A stretch of 64,000 bases of DNA. It comes from a virus. The notes under the pieces are model-generated. The model was not told where the DNA came from. It ran no database searches and saw only the letters and a program-made list of their open reading frames with translations. The position numbers and the translations under genes are program-made. Below, piece by piece: positions 39,482 to 49,050 of the stretch (position 1 is its first letter; each line of letters begins with the position of its first letter). The stretch lies in IMG/VR virus record IMGVR_UViG_3300017605_000635, positions 5,750 to 69,749 of that record; one strand, given 5' to 3'.

Positions 39482-39693
39482 TTCACGCCTCCGCTCTCTC
39501 CGAACATCCGCAACGGCGGCATCAGGTCGTCGGGTTCCGGGCGAATCGGTTTTGCGAGGGCTCGAAGGTTCCGGCGCACGAGGCGCATCTCCTTCTCCAC
39601 GGCCTTGATCTCTCGACGGAGCCGACTGCGCTTGTTCGAGAGCCGTTGCAGCCTGCGAGCTTCGAGGATGATCATTCGTTCGTTGGTTGGCAT
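39478..39693 (-). CDS. Basic coiled-coil protein
   Basis: SD AAGGAG; Arg-rich helix. Confidence 0.55.
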   Translation of the reverse strand: MPTNERMIILEARRLQRLSNKRSRLRREIKAVEKEMRLVRRNLRALAKPIRPEPDDLMPPLRMFGESGGVK

Positions 39694-39695
39694 CG

Positions 39696-39971
39696 TTAGG
39701 CTCCTTCCACCTTTGCCATTCGAATCAATTCCATTTCGATTCCGTGCGGAGTCTGCCCCCACTCGCCATACCACTGCATCAGGTCGAGGACTTCTGCGAC
39801 CTGTTTCAGTCGGATCATCTCGTCTCGACGCTGCGTGCGCGTCTTGTCTTTGGGGATGCCTCCGACGGTCATCGTGCCGGGCTCCAGCGCGAACTTCGCC
39901 AGGAGCACTCCTCGACGGACAACCCGTTCGATCATGTCGTCGGGTTCCAATCGTTTACGAGTCGCCATCAT
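39696..39971 (-). CDS. Hypothetical protein
   Basis: ORF in operon order. Confidence 0.55.
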   Translation of the reverse strand: MMATRKRLEPDDMIERVVRRGVLLAKFALEPGTMTVGGIPKDKTRTQRRDEMIRLKQVAEVLDLMQWYGEWGQTPHGIEMELIRMAKVEGA

Positions 39972-40143
39972 TCCCCTCCTCGAAGTATTCGGCCGGAGTC
40001 ATCACGCACGTGCAGATTTCACGTCGACACCGGTCTGGGTTGTTGTTCCCGGAGACCTCGACGTATCCGGCTCCGTCGCACTCCTTACAGTTGGGGTCTG
40101 CCTCGGAGCGGAGGAGACGTTCGAGGATAGTGCGTTCGTTCAT
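39955..40143 (-). CDS. Small zinc-finger protein (CxxCxGxG)
   Basis: CKECDGAG...CTC. Confidence 0.55.
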   Translation of the reverse strand: MNERTILERLLRSEADPNCKECDGAGYVEVSGNNNPDRCRREICTCVMTPAEYFEEGNDGDS

Positions 40144-40343
40144 TCGAGCCCCCATGAGGTTGTATCCGGCCAAATCTCTCGGCGTGCGACGTTCTTGCCG
40201 CTCCGCTCCCGTTCGAAAACCTTGATACCAGGACTTGTTAACGCTTCGATTTTTGCCTCGGTGAGTGCGAACTCTCGACTGGTTGTTTCAACGATTACAA
40301 TTCCTCGACCGACAACCATGTAGGGCGTGATTTTGGGTTTCAT
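40140..40343 (-). CDS. Hypothetical protein
   Basis: SD GGAGG. Confidence 0.5.
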   Translation of the reverse strand: MKPKITPYMVVGRGIVIVETTSREFALTEAKIEALTSPGIKVFERERSGKNVARREIWPDTTSWGLE

Positions 40344-40684
40344 GAGTTCCTCCGCGTGATCTCGGGAACGGGATTGATCTCAACGGCATCGTGGTCGTTG
40401 GTCGTCGAGGCGGGCAGCGCCATCCGGAGGTTTTCCGCCTCGACCCTCGTGAAAGGACCGTAGACTGCGAGGATACGTCCGGTGGCGTAGTCTGTCGTGA
40501 CAACCACGTGGGTCTTGAGTTCGCGCTGCTTCGTTCGGCAGGTCGTGCACGTTACGAGGTGGCTTTTGGTCGTCGTGTGCTCCTGGGGAACGGAGCGGCC
40601 ACACAACGTCGTTGGGGTGTAGCTTGGGTTGAAGAGAGCCTTGTCCTGGGGTCGAGACGGGTTCGAGTCGAAGTGGGTTTTCAT
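40340..40684 (-). CDS. Hypothetical protein with TLCG...VTCxxC motif
   Basis: SD GGAGG; motif shared with 36485-36667. Confidence 0.55.
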   Translation of the reverse strand: MKTHFDSNPSRPQDKALFNPSYTPTTLCGRSVPQEHTTTKSHLVTCTTCRTKQRELKTHVVVTTDYATGRILAVYGPFTRVEAENLRMALPASTTNDHDAVEINPVPEITRRNS

Positions 40685-41276
40685 GACTTCCTCCCTCGTG
40701 GAATCCAGTTCAACTTGTCGAGCCGCTTTCCGTCTTCGACCCGGAGCGGAGTGACCACGACGGTCCACTGGTTCCGGCAGGACGGTCGTGGGCAGGTTCG
40801 AGAGATGACTTGCGTTGCAGCGTCCATCGCCTCGACCTTGCGGAGGGAGGTCTCGCAGCAGGGGCAGAGAAGACGGAGACGGAGAGTCACTTGCCCCTCG
40901 GAGCGAAGCTCCGGATGAACGAGACGTAGACGAGAACCTGGACCACGATGAGAGCGAGGTAAATGCCGTCCATCATAGCACCTCTTCAATCGAGAGAATC
41001 GACCGAGACGGGTACATCCGCTTGCAGTAGACTCGGACTTGCGTCTCATCGAGGAGTGCGAGGAGGATGGTTCCGGGTCTCGGTCGACCGAATGTAACGC
41101 GGAAGAGTCTCACAGCCACTACTCCTTGTCGAGGTTCCGGTTGATCGTCGAGACCATCTTGCAGGCCAGGTAACGGCTCTGGAGGCTGACGAGAACTTCT
41201 CCGGTCTGGGCGACCTTGACTTCCCACTCGGTCGTTTCGGGGTTCTGCTTCGCGGTGACTCGGTTCGAGTTCGCCA

Positions 41277-41495
41277 TCACGCACACTCCTCGACTGCGCC
41301 GAGGCGGAGAGCCTTCGTCCAGTCGGACAACGGAACCCACTGGGAACCCGATTCCTTGGCGTAGAGGCGGATGCCCCACGCCTCGGGCGATTCGGGAGAG
41401 GACTTCGGAAGGAGCCCGAGGGCCACGACTTCGACCCGCATGCCCTGCAAGCGGTAGGTTCTTCCGAGGAGGTCATCGGCGGTCAACGTCTTCAT
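41277..41495 (-). CDS. Hypothetical protein, probably leaderless
   Basis: ATG 8 nt after a -10 box. Confidence 0.55.
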   Translation of the reverse strand: MKTLTADDLLGRTYRLQGMRVEVVALGLLPKSSPESPEAWGIRLYAKESGSQWVPLSDWTKALRLGAVEECA

Positions 41496-41503
41496 GAGAA
41501 GAG

Positions 41504-41531
41504 ATTAAATCCGGGCTGGACCTCCGGTCAA
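41504..41531 (-). promoter_or_regulatory. Sigma70-like promoter TTGACC-N16-TTTAAT
   Basis: Intergenic with AT-rich upstream tract. Confidence 0.55.
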
Positions 41532-41584
41532 CCAAAAACGTGCGGTCTAGACGGTTTATTTTTGAGCCCTTTAGAATCAACCAG

Positions 41585-41995
41585 TTAGGCCTGGGCGTCA
41601 GGAGGGAGGAACTGAAGATACTCCTTCAACGGTCGAAACCTTCCAGCCCGAGGGACGGGAACTCGATATATTGCCCACCCTAGCTGGGTTAGTCGTTCGT
41701 CTCTCCGTCGATCACGTGCGGGTTCAGCCCCGATTCTATGGTAAGGACCGTCAACCTCTACGCAAATTTTCAATATCGGATGGGCGTAGTCCAGTCGATA
41801 AAAGGAACCGGCAGAATCAAATTTTACCATATATTCTGCGGTATACCCAGAGGATTCCAAACGTTTTCGGATTTCGAAGAGGATGGGATGTTCCCAAAGT
41901 TTCCGTCTCAGGACGAGAGACCTCACCGGCCTGATCACCGGTCTCCGGAGCTTCCGGGGAAGCTTGTGGAATTGAAAGAAAAGACGTTTAACCAT
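41585..41995 (-). CDS. DUF559/Vsr-like endonuclease
   Basis: YRLDYA..KICVEVDGPYH...DRRRDERL..GW. Confidence 0.85.
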   Translation of the reverse strand: MVKRLFFQFHKLPRKLRRPVIRPVRSLVLRRKLWEHPILFEIRKRLESSGYTAEYMVKFDSAGSFYRLDYAHPILKICVEVDGPYHRIGAEPARDRRRDERLTQLGWAIYRVPVPRAGRFRPLKEYLQFLPPDAQA

Positions 41996-42075
41996 TAGGA
42001 GCCTCTAGAACTCCACCCGCCCACCGGCCCAGCCTCGGGGGTGGCTGGGCCGGGGTGCGTCGCCGGGAGGAATCG

Positions 42076-42924
42076 CTACATGGCCGGAGCGCCACTCTCC
42101 TCGGGGTTGGCCGCCATCGAGTCGTCGGGCTCCTCGTCGACCCGGTTCACGACGATGGTCTTGCCGGTCAGGGACTTTGCGAAGCTCCCGGCATACTCGT
42201 ACAGCGCACGCTCCTGCAACCGGTCGAGGTCTCGGAACTTGTACACGCCGTAGGTGCCCTTGTCGTTCGAGGCGGTTGCGCTCTCGACGGTGTAGAGACG
42301 GGAGAAGATGGAACCTCGACGCGTGTTGATGAACGTCGTCAAGTCCTTGGCCGCAGCGCGCTGCTGCTTGTTCGTGGTCTTGATCGAGATGACGATGGGC
42401 TCCGGCTGACGGTCAGCGTGCAGGAGAATCGCGGCGAACTCGACGAAGACCGTGGCGAGCGGAGGAATCCACTTGCCGGTCTCTTCGTCCTTCGTGCCCT
42501 GCAACCGAGGGTCATCCGGCGGCACGTTCGAGTCGATCAGGCCACCGCCCTCGGACCTCGGACGGAACTGCACACGTGACACGCTCCGCTGCGCCGCGAT
42601 GAAGTACAGCGGACCCTTGCCGTAGATTTCACCGGTGACGTCGTTGAAGAGGTCGAACATCTTCAAGTCTTCCATGAACTCCGGTTTCCCGGGAGTCATC
42701 TGGGGAGAAAGACCCTGCGCGATGGCGAGGCGGGGGAACCGCATCTCATCGCGGCTGACTCCACCCTTGCCGGTCTGGTCGTCGAGGTCCATCCAGTCGG
42801 GCGCTGCGTCTGTCGGACCCACGAGAGCGGCCGTGGACTTCTGGAGTGCGAGCCCGGTGGCCTTCTCCTCGACAATCTCCGCGTTCACGGTTTTGATCGT
42901 TGCAGGAACTTGACTCTTTGCCAT
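42076..42924 (-). CDS. Putative ssDNA-binding/annealing protein
   Basis: FPRLAIAQGLSPQ motif; acidic C-tail; replication context. Confidence 0.55.
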   Translation of the reverse strand: MAKSQVPATIKTVNAEIVEEKATGLALQKSTAALVGPTDAAPDWMDLDDQTGKGGVSRDEMRFPRLAIAQGLSPQMTPGKPEFMEDLKMFDLFNDVTGEIYGKGPLYFIAAQRSVSRVQFRPRSEGGGLIDSNVPPDDPRLQGTKDEETGKWIPPLATVFVEFAAILLHADRQPEPIVISIKTTNKQQRAAAKDLTTFINTRRGSIFSRLYTVESATASNDKGTYGVYKFRDLDRLQERALYEYAGSFAKSLTGKTIVVNRVDEEPDDSMAANPEESGAPAM

Positions 42925-42979
42925 CTGTGTTCTCCGATTCTTGATTCTTGATTCTTGGTTTGGGTCGTGCTCGTTCATC

Positions 42980-43189
42980 CTACATTTCCGGTCCACCCTT
43001 CGGCAACACCTCCATCTTCTTGGGTTCGGGCTCCTCGGTCTTCACCCAGTGGATCACCGTCACGTCGTAGAACGTTCGTGCCTTCTCCTTTGCATGGGCC
43101 TGATCGCGGCACCCTGCGAAGTTCGTGGTCACCTCTCGCAGAGAACCGTCTCCGTTGCGGAGCGTCATCTTGACTCTATAGACCGGCAT
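42980..43189 (-). CDS. Hypothetical protein
   Basis: ORF in operon order. Confidence 0.5.
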   Translation of the reverse strand: MPVYRVKMTLRNGDGSLREVTTNFAGCRDQAHAKEKARTFYDVTVIHWVKTEEPEPKKMEVLPKGGPEM

Positions 43190-43475
43190 CGGTCTGCCGC
43201 CTATGCATCCGCGTATCGGGAGAGACCCGGAGGTGATACTGCTGTTCGGTCTCGGTGCGACGGTCCTTCGAAGGAATGAACGCGGGTTCCTCCTCGGACG
43301 ACTCGGTGTGAATGTGGAACCGGAGCCCGGTCAGCCGTTCGAGGAACTGCTCGGTGACGATGATTACTTCGGCTTCCTCCCTCGAAATGGGGTTGGGCTC
43401 CTTGTCGAGTCCGACAATGTGCGCGAGAGTCTTCGCACCGCTCTTGACGGTGAGCGTGAATCGGGTCTTCGTCAT
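43176..43475 (-). CDS. Hypothetical protein
   Basis: ATGA overlap. Confidence 0.55.
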   Translation of the reverse strand: MTKTRFTLTVKSGAKTLAHIVGLDKEPNPISREEAEVIIVTEQFLERLTGLRFHIHTESSEEEPAFIPSKDRRTETEQQYHLRVSPDTRMHRRQTDAGL

Positions 43476-44023
43476 TCTTCGTCCTCCGTGATATCGTCCT
43501 CGTTGCCCTTCTCCCCCGGGGTGAAGACCGGTTTGACGAGAGCCCAAACCTTCGTTCCGGCCGGGAGGTCTTCGCCTTCCAGCAGCAACTCCTTTCCGGT
43601 GACGTTCAACTTCTGCCACCCCAACGACATCGACCGTTCGAACCCGTTCTCCAGCGCCCAGAGCCGGTTCTCTTCCGCGTTGATGACGCTGAAATACGGC
43701 TCCTCCTGGATTCGCACGCCGTCACCGTTCACGAGTTCAATCGAGGTCGTGCCCTCGACCTCCCGCATCTGTACGTCCATCAACTGCGTGACCGCGTCGA
43801 GGCGGAGTTGAATCTCCTTGAGCTCACGCTTCTTGCGGTTCTTCTCCCTCCGCAGCGCGATGTAGGCCTGCGAGAGCGCAACGGCGGAGCGGATGTACCC
43901 GGGCTCCGATTGGATGCGCTTCTTGAGTTCGTTGACCTTGTCCGCCTTCTTTGCCGCCTCGGCTCCGTAGAACTTCGGGAGGAGAGGGGTGAGGTGGGCG
44001 TATTTGCCTGGCTTCTTCGCCAT
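43472..44023 (-). CDS. Coiled-coil replication-region protein
   Basis: MAKKPGKY start; coiled coil then beta domain; acidic tail. Confidence 0.6.
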   Translation of the reverse strand: MAKKPGKYAHLTPLLPKFYGAEAAKKADKVNELKKRIQSEPGYIRSAVALSQAYIALRREKNRKKRELKEIQLRLDAVTQLMDVQMREVEGTTSIELVNGDGVRIQEEPYFSVINAEENRLWALENGFERSMSLGWQKLNVTGKELLLEGEDLPAGTKVWALVKPVFTPGEKGNEDDITEDEE

Positions 44024-44214
44024 CAGAGAGCCATCCTCAAATCCCGCAACTGGGACTCGTATTCTCGTGCCTTCTCCGTATGCCTGGCTTCTGCTTCCCG
44101 GTCTCCGGCCTGACGGGCATCTCCCGCTGCATCCCACTCCTGATCGGCCTTGCGGCGGAGTCGTTGCCCCTCGGGTCCCAAGCCATCGGCGGAGCGGTCT
44201 CGTAAACGTCCCAT
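44023..44214 (-). CDS. Small helical protein
   Basis: SD GAAAGGA; TGATG overlap. Confidence 0.55.
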   Translation of the reverse strand: MGRLRDRSADGLGPEGQRLRRKADQEWDAAGDARQAGDREAEARHTEKAREYESQLRDLRMAL

Positions 44215-44234
44215 GGTCCGTTCGTCCTTTCATC

Positions 44235-44259
44235 GGCCGGGAGAGTATGTCTCCCGGCC
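44235..44259. terminator. 10-bp stem-loop downstream of the helicase
   Basis: ggccgggaga-gtatg-tctcccggcc; no U-tract. Confidence 0.45.
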
Positions 44260-44272
44260 ACCTAGCCGTTCG

Positions 44273-45790
44273 CTACGCCTGGTAGGCGGAGCCGACCCAT
44301 ACAAGGGTCTTGATTGCGCGGGTGATCGCGACGTATTGAATATTGCGCTCCTCCTGGTTGTGTTCGCGGAGGGTGTTCCGGAGAACGAATACACGGTCAG
44401 CCTCAAGACCCTTCGAGCGATGCACCGAGGAGCACGTGATGACGCCCTTCTGGCCCAGCCCGTCGTCGGTGAAGAGGGCATCGATGTTCTGGCTGATTGC
44501 GTCTACGCTCTTGGCGTCTGCCGCGAGTTCGAGAAGCATTCCGGCCTGGTCCGCAATGAACTCAAGCTTGGCTTCGAGCGAAGCCTTGCGCTTGGGGTTC
44601 TCTGCGAGCATCGCCCGGGTGCGCTCCGTCTCTCGGGATTCCCACGTGCCCACGCGCTGCAGGAAGACGGGAACCGAGGACTTGGCGGCACCGGTCGCAA
44701 GCTTCCGGACGAGACCCTTCAGTCCGGAGCCGATGTCCCGGCCGGCAATCCGCGCACGCTTCCCGCTTCGCAGGAGCGACATCGCAACGGAGACGAGGGG
44801 AGCGTTGGCCCGGGAGAGGATGAAGTCTCCGAGGGCTGCGGAGGCGGTCAGCTTGTCGGCGGGAATCGCCTCGATGGAACCAGGGTTGTTCTGTGGTGCC
44901 GCCTCGAAGGAGGGAACGAACTGCTGCGCAAGTTCGACGATAGCCTTGCCGCAGCGGTAGGTGACCGTGAGCCCGAGTTCGGTGGCGTGCAGTTCGTTCT
45001 TGAGACGGTCGAGGCTGTTGGAGTCCGCTCCTCGGAAAGCGTAGATGGCCTGGTGGTTGTCGCCCACGACTCCGATTCTTCCTCGGCAAATCCCCTGCGC
45101 GATTTCGAGTTGCGCAACCGTCATGTCCTGCGCTTCGTCGACGACCACGAGGTCATACTGCTTCGTGAGCCAGCCGTTTCGAACCGGGAGGAAGATCATG
45201 TCGGAACCGTCGATGGCCATCGGACGAACCGTGGCGGCCAGGTCCATCGCGGCTACCGCCTTCGAGGTGACGTAGTGGATGTCGAAGTTCGAACCGGTCC
45301 AGGAGTCGTCGGGCACGCACTCGAACTGGATGGCGAGGTCTTCGAGTTCTTCCGGCCGGGTGGCGTGCGGGGTGATCTCTCGACCCTTGGTGTGGAGCTT
45401 CGAAACGAGCCGCTTGATCGCATCCGGAGCGGTGACGCCGCAAACCTTCTCTGCGAGTGCGTCTGCCCGGGCTCCGGAGAAGTCCACGCCGACCTTCTCC
45501 CAGAACCGCTTCACCGCTGCGAGTCCGAGAGCGTGCAGGGTCTTGACTTCGACGTTGAAGCCGACGAAACGGGTGACGAGTTCTTCGGCAATCCGCTTAT
45601 TGAAGGCGCACACGACGACACGCTTGCCGGGGTTGACGGCGCACCACCGCTTGACCGCCTCGACGATGGTCGTGGTCTTCCCGGTTCCCGCGAGGGCTCG
45701 AACGACCAGGTGGCCGTCTGCGTTGACGAAGAAATCGAAGATTCCGAGTTGCTGCGAGGACCAGTTCCGAGCGGTTTCGAGGGTCTGCAT
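44273..45790 (-). CDS. UvrD/Rep-like SF1 helicase
   Basis: ALAGTGKT, VDEAQD, VGDNHQAIYAFRGA, TYRC, HRSKGLE, YVAITRA. Confidence 0.95.
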   Translation of the reverse strand: MQTLETARNWSSQQLGIFDFFVNADGHLVVRALAGTGKTTTIVEAVKRWCAVNPGKRVVVCAFNKRIAEELVTRFVGFNVEVKTLHALGLAAVKRFWEKVGVDFSGARADALAEKVCGVTAPDAIKRLVSKLHTKGREITPHATRPEELEDLAIQFECVPDDSWTGSNFDIHYVTSKAVAAMDLAATVRPMAIDGSDMIFLPVRNGWLTKQYDLVVVDEAQDMTVAQLEIAQGICRGRIGVVGDNHQAIYAFRGADSNSLDRLKNELHATELGLTVTYRCGKAIVELAQQFVPSFEAAPQNNPGSIEAIPADKLTASAALGDFILSRANAPLVSVAMSLLRSGKRARIAGRDIGSGLKGLVRKLATGAAKSSVPVFLQRVGTWESRETERTRAMLAENPKRKASLEAKLEFIADQAGMLLELAADAKSVDAISQNIDALFTDDGLGQKGVITCSSVHRSKGLEADRVFVLRNTLREHNQEERNIQYVAITRAIKTLVWVGSAYQA

Positions 45791-45840
45791 TTTCGTTCGT
45801 CCTTCCGTCGTGGCGGCCAGTATTGGCGACCAACGAGTAG

Positions 45841-45870
45841 AGTCTAGACCGATTTAATCCTCGGCGTCTA
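45841..45870 (-). promoter_or_regulatory. Sigma70-like promoter TAGACG-N18-TAGACT
   Basis: Intergenic; followed by the conserved leader shared with the 38-kb promoter. Confidence 0.55.
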
Positions 45871-45915
45871 CCATTATTTTCATCCACCCTAAGTTCTTCG
45901 TTTCGTGGGGGTTAG

Positions 45916-47544
45916 CTACTCCTCCTGCAACGCTCGAATCCACGCCGATGACGTCAGGTCTGCGAGGTTCCGCTTTCCTTGGCGCGCCTTGAAGACGACG
46001 TGGTCAATCGTCTTCTGGCCCTTTGGCCCGGTCGCAAGCAGATGGTAGTACGACACCGCCTCGACCTGCCCAGGCCGATGCACGCGGTCTTGCGACTGCA
46101 GATCATCCTTCAAGTTGTAGTCCTCGGAGAGGTTGAAGACCGTATGCGCGGCCGTGAGGTTGAGCCCCATGGAGCCGGTCTTCTTGATCCCCACGACCAC
46201 TGCCGGTCGATCACGTGGAGCCGTCCTCGGGTCGAGGAGCCGTAGCGTGCGATCACGCTCCGCCTTTTTCTGCCCTCCTCGAAGCTCCGCCACTTCCATC
46301 CCCGCGTATCGCTCCCGCAGCGCCGCAACCGTTCGCTCGACCTCCGGAACGAACCGAGACCAGACGAGGAGCTTGAGTGTCGGGTCTTTATAGAGGGTCA
46401 GGTCCATCCACTGGAGGAAGAAATCGAGCTTTTCACGGCTGATCTCCTGAACCGGAGCCGTTGCACTCCGCGCCACGGTGCTCAACGTGGGCGTGGGGTC
46501 TTCGTCCTCGATGTCAAAGATCATCCAATCGGGAATCGTCTCTGCCTTGATGTTCGAGAGGTCTTGCTGCATCTCGATGCCCGGAGCTTCGAGCCCTCCG
46601 AGGAACCCGGAGGTGATCTGCGCGAGGCGCATGACCTTCGTGATTGCTTGTTGCGCAACCGAGATGGTCGACTCTGAGAGCCACGCCACGAGTTCGTCTC
46701 GCATCTCTCGATACAGCTTCCACGTCGAGGCATCCATCGGAACGGTAAAGATGACGGGCGGAAGCTTCTCCGGGAGGTCGAGACATTCGGCCTTGAGTCG
46801 ACGAATGACGTAGGGTGCGAGCCGTTGTTGAAGGTCGTCGAGGTTGACCCAACCGACGATTTGCCGATTCTCGAAGCCTCCGAGAATCGCGTATTTGGAT
46901 TTGAACTGTGTGTACGTCGGGAGCCCGATGATCCGAGGGTCGAGGAGGAGCCCTTGGGCAAAGAGGTCTCCGGGGTTGTTCGGCACCGGCGTGCCGTTCA
47001 GGAGCCACGACCAACCGCATCGCTTCCGGAGTTCTCGGCACGCTCTAAACTGCTGGCTCTGCGAGTTCTTGACGAGGCTCGACTCATCGAGGATGATGAC
47101 CGTTTTTGGGCCGCAGAAGTTGAACAGCTGCTTGTAGACGGTTCTGTCTCGGATGTATTCGTAGTTCGTAATGACCCACTTGAGCGATTGCTTTGTCTTC
47201 CCCTCGAAGAACCACTGGTTAGGTCTCGACCGGAACTCCGTGATCACTGATCCAAAGCCATCCCACAAGTGCTTTCGAAGTTCTCCAAGCTCCGACTCGA
47301 ACCAGACTGGGCGCACTCCATTCGGGCAGACGACCAATGCTCGATCAACCATCCCCTCGTAGGCGAGGACTTGCGCCGCATCGATCACCTGTTTCGTCTT
47401 CGCCACGCCCATCTCATCGAAGAGACCGAAGCACCGAGGGAAGATACGCCCTCGGGCGGGGTCAATCTCCTTGATCAACTCCTCGACGCCAACCACTTGG
47501 TGGGCGTAGGGCGGGAGCCGAGTGTATTGGCGGAAGTCGATCAT
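45916..47544 (-). CDS. SNF2-family (SF2) helicase
   Basis: DEMGVAKT, LDESS, LNGTP, RRLK, GLNLTAA, QSQDRVHRPGQ. Confidence 0.92.
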   Translation of the reverse strand: MIDFRQYTRLPPYAHQVVGVEELIKEIDPARGRIFPRCFGLFDEMGVAKTKQVIDAAQVLAYEGMVDRALVVCPNGVRPVWFESELGELRKHLWDGFGSVITEFRSRPNQWFFEGKTKQSLKWVITNYEYIRDRTVYKQLFNFCGPKTVIILDESSLVKNSQSQQFRACRELRKRCGWSWLLNGTPVPNNPGDLFAQGLLLDPRIIGLPTYTQFKSKYAILGGFENRQIVGWVNLDDLQQRLAPYVIRRLKAECLDLPEKLPPVIFTVPMDASTWKLYREMRDELVAWLSESTISVAQQAITKVMRLAQITSGFLGGLEAPGIEMQQDLSNIKAETIPDWMIFDIEDEDPTPTLSTVARSATAPVQEISREKLDFFLQWMDLTLYKDPTLKLLVWSRFVPEVERTVAALRERYAGMEVAELRGGQKKAERDRTLRLLDPRTAPRDRPAVVVGIKKTGSMGLNLTAAHTVFNLSEDYNLKDDLQSQDRVHRPGQVEAVSYYHLLATGPKGQKTIDHVVFKARQGKRNLADLTSSAWIRALQEE

Positions 47545-48332
47545 CGGGTGGGATACTTTCCCTTGAGCGCATTCGCACAGATGACCTTTACGTCATCGGC
47601 AAAATCGTTCTTGATTATCCATTCGAGATACCCTGTCTCAACCATCCGGAGCGGTTTCCCTCGGTGTTTCCCTCCAAAGTTGACGACCACTTCTCCGTTG
47701 GCCCAGATGAACTTCCCGCCCTTGTCGACGGCTCCGGCCGGAGTGGGGAAGCAGAACGCGGCAAGCTCCGGGATGGTCCGAGGAACGTGGTCCCAGCCCT
47801 CGACCTGGGCGGCCAGAACCTTCTCCGTAGCGGCCACGTCTGCCCCCGCGTCATGGGCGTCCTCGAAGCCTCCCGGGTCGACGAACTCTTTGTATGCAGC
47901 TTGCAGGTTCCGAGGGAAGAGAATCTGAAAGAGGCGAAGCGCATCGACCACGTGGCTTTCGTTCTTCTCCCAGTCCCATTCGACGTGCGCTCGACGCATC
48001 TCCGCCCGGAGCACCTTGAGGTCGTAGGTGACGTTGAACCCAGCCCAATCGACCTTCACGAGGGTCTTCACGAGGACGGGCGCCATCTCATTGAACTTGT
48101 GCGGCTTTTCGAGGCCAATCCGTTCGTTAACGGCGGCATGGTCCTTCGTCGCCTCGGCGGGAACCTCGATGGTCGGGTCCACGAGCGAGACCCATCTGAC
48201 CGGGTCTTTGTCGGGATAGTGCTTAGTGATTGCTATCTGCCAGATGCGGGCTGTCGCTGGGTCGAGACCGGTGGTTTCAAGATCAAGCACCGCCAACGGC
48301 CGTTCCAGCTTCAACACGCGGGCAAGATTCAC
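47541..48332 (-). CDS. DEDDh 3'-5' exonuclease (DnaQ-like)
   Basis: DLETTG, GFNVTYD, AHDAGADV; C-terminal FGGKHRGK...YLEW. Confidence 0.9.
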   Translation of the reverse strand: MNLARVLKLERPLAVLDLETTGLDPATARIWQIAITKHYPDKDPVRWVSLVDPTIEVPAEATKDHAAVNERIGLEKPHKFNEMAPVLVKTLVKVDWAGFNVTYDLKVLRAEMRRAHVEWDWEKNESHVVDALRLFQILFPRNLQAAYKEFVDPGGFEDAHDAGADVAATEKVLAAQVEGWDHVPRTIPELAAFCFPTPAGAVDKGGKFIWANGEVVVNFGGKHRGKPLRMVETGYLEWIIKNDFADDVKVICANALKGKYPTR

Positions 48333-48544
48333 TTCCTCACCCTCAACACTTCGACCTCGGAGGCACGGAGCCCGTTCTCATGGATGATCGGCGTGAACTG
48401 GACGGGCTCTCCCTCCTGGAGTTGCTCGAACAAGGTCTGGTCTCCGAGGAACCCGGAGATGTGGAAGAATCGGGAGTGCCCGTCTTCATCGAGGATGAAC
48501 CCAAACCCTTTTGTAGCATGGACGCGGATGATCGAGCCTTTCAT
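48329..48544 (-). CDS. Cold-shock domain protein
   Basis: KGFGFI (RNP1), FFHIS (RNP2), GLRASEV. Confidence 0.85.
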   Translation of the reverse strand: MKGSIIRVHATKGFGFILDEDGHSRFFHISGFLGDQTLFEQLQEGEPVQFTPIIHENGLRASEVEVLRVRK

Positions 48545-49050
48545 GATTGCCCTCGGGAGTCGATTTCGGATTGGAGATACCACAACGCTTTCCGGAGGTC
48601 TTCGAGGCTATCGGCTCCCGGCTTTCGGCCGGCACGACAGATGTACTTCGTGGCGTTGCCGAGGCGGTAATTGAGCTTCCACGCGTCGACCACCTTGATG
48701 TGTTCGTAGAGGTCAGCGGCTCCGCCGTAGTGGGCTGGGTGGTTGACGCGTTCCTCCTCGACCGGAGAGAGGTCTTGGATTTGGTCCTCGGGAATCTGAG
48801 TCACCGGAGTTCGATGGAGGAGCCCGACTCCATCCTGGTAGCCCATCCGCCCTTCACCGTGTATCGGGCAATCCGTCGAGGGAGATTTGCCCGCCAGGCA
48901 AATACAGTTGGGGTGACGCTTCTTCGGTCGAGGCACGCCGTGGATGGGGCACTGCGGGTCGACCTCCAAGCTATCCTCAATCGCTCCGGGCGGACAGATA
49001 CACTTGGGCCCCATCTTCTCCTCAGGCACGTAATGATTCTCCTCGCTCAT
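48541..49050 (-). CDS. DUF3310 protein (T7 gp1.7 nucleotide-kinase family) with N-terminal Cys/His repeats
   Basis: VNHPAHY, GNATKYICRAGRK, EDLRKALWYL. Confidence 0.85.
   Translation of the reverse strand: MSEENHYVPEEKMGPKCICPPGAIEDSLEVDPQCPIHGVPRPKKRHPNCICLAGKSPSTDCPIHGEGRMGYQDGVGLLHRTPVTQIPEDQIQDLSPVEEERVNHPAHYGGAADLYEHIKVVDAWKLNYRLGNATKYICRAGRKPGADSLEDLRKALWYLQSEIDSRGQS

Noticed and set aside
44150-45847. Long + strand ORFs opposite minus-strand genes (565 aa here; also 59294-60634, 53830-54876) and 10884-12263 on the minus strand
   Set aside because: Antisense shadows of motif-bearing genes, expected at high GC
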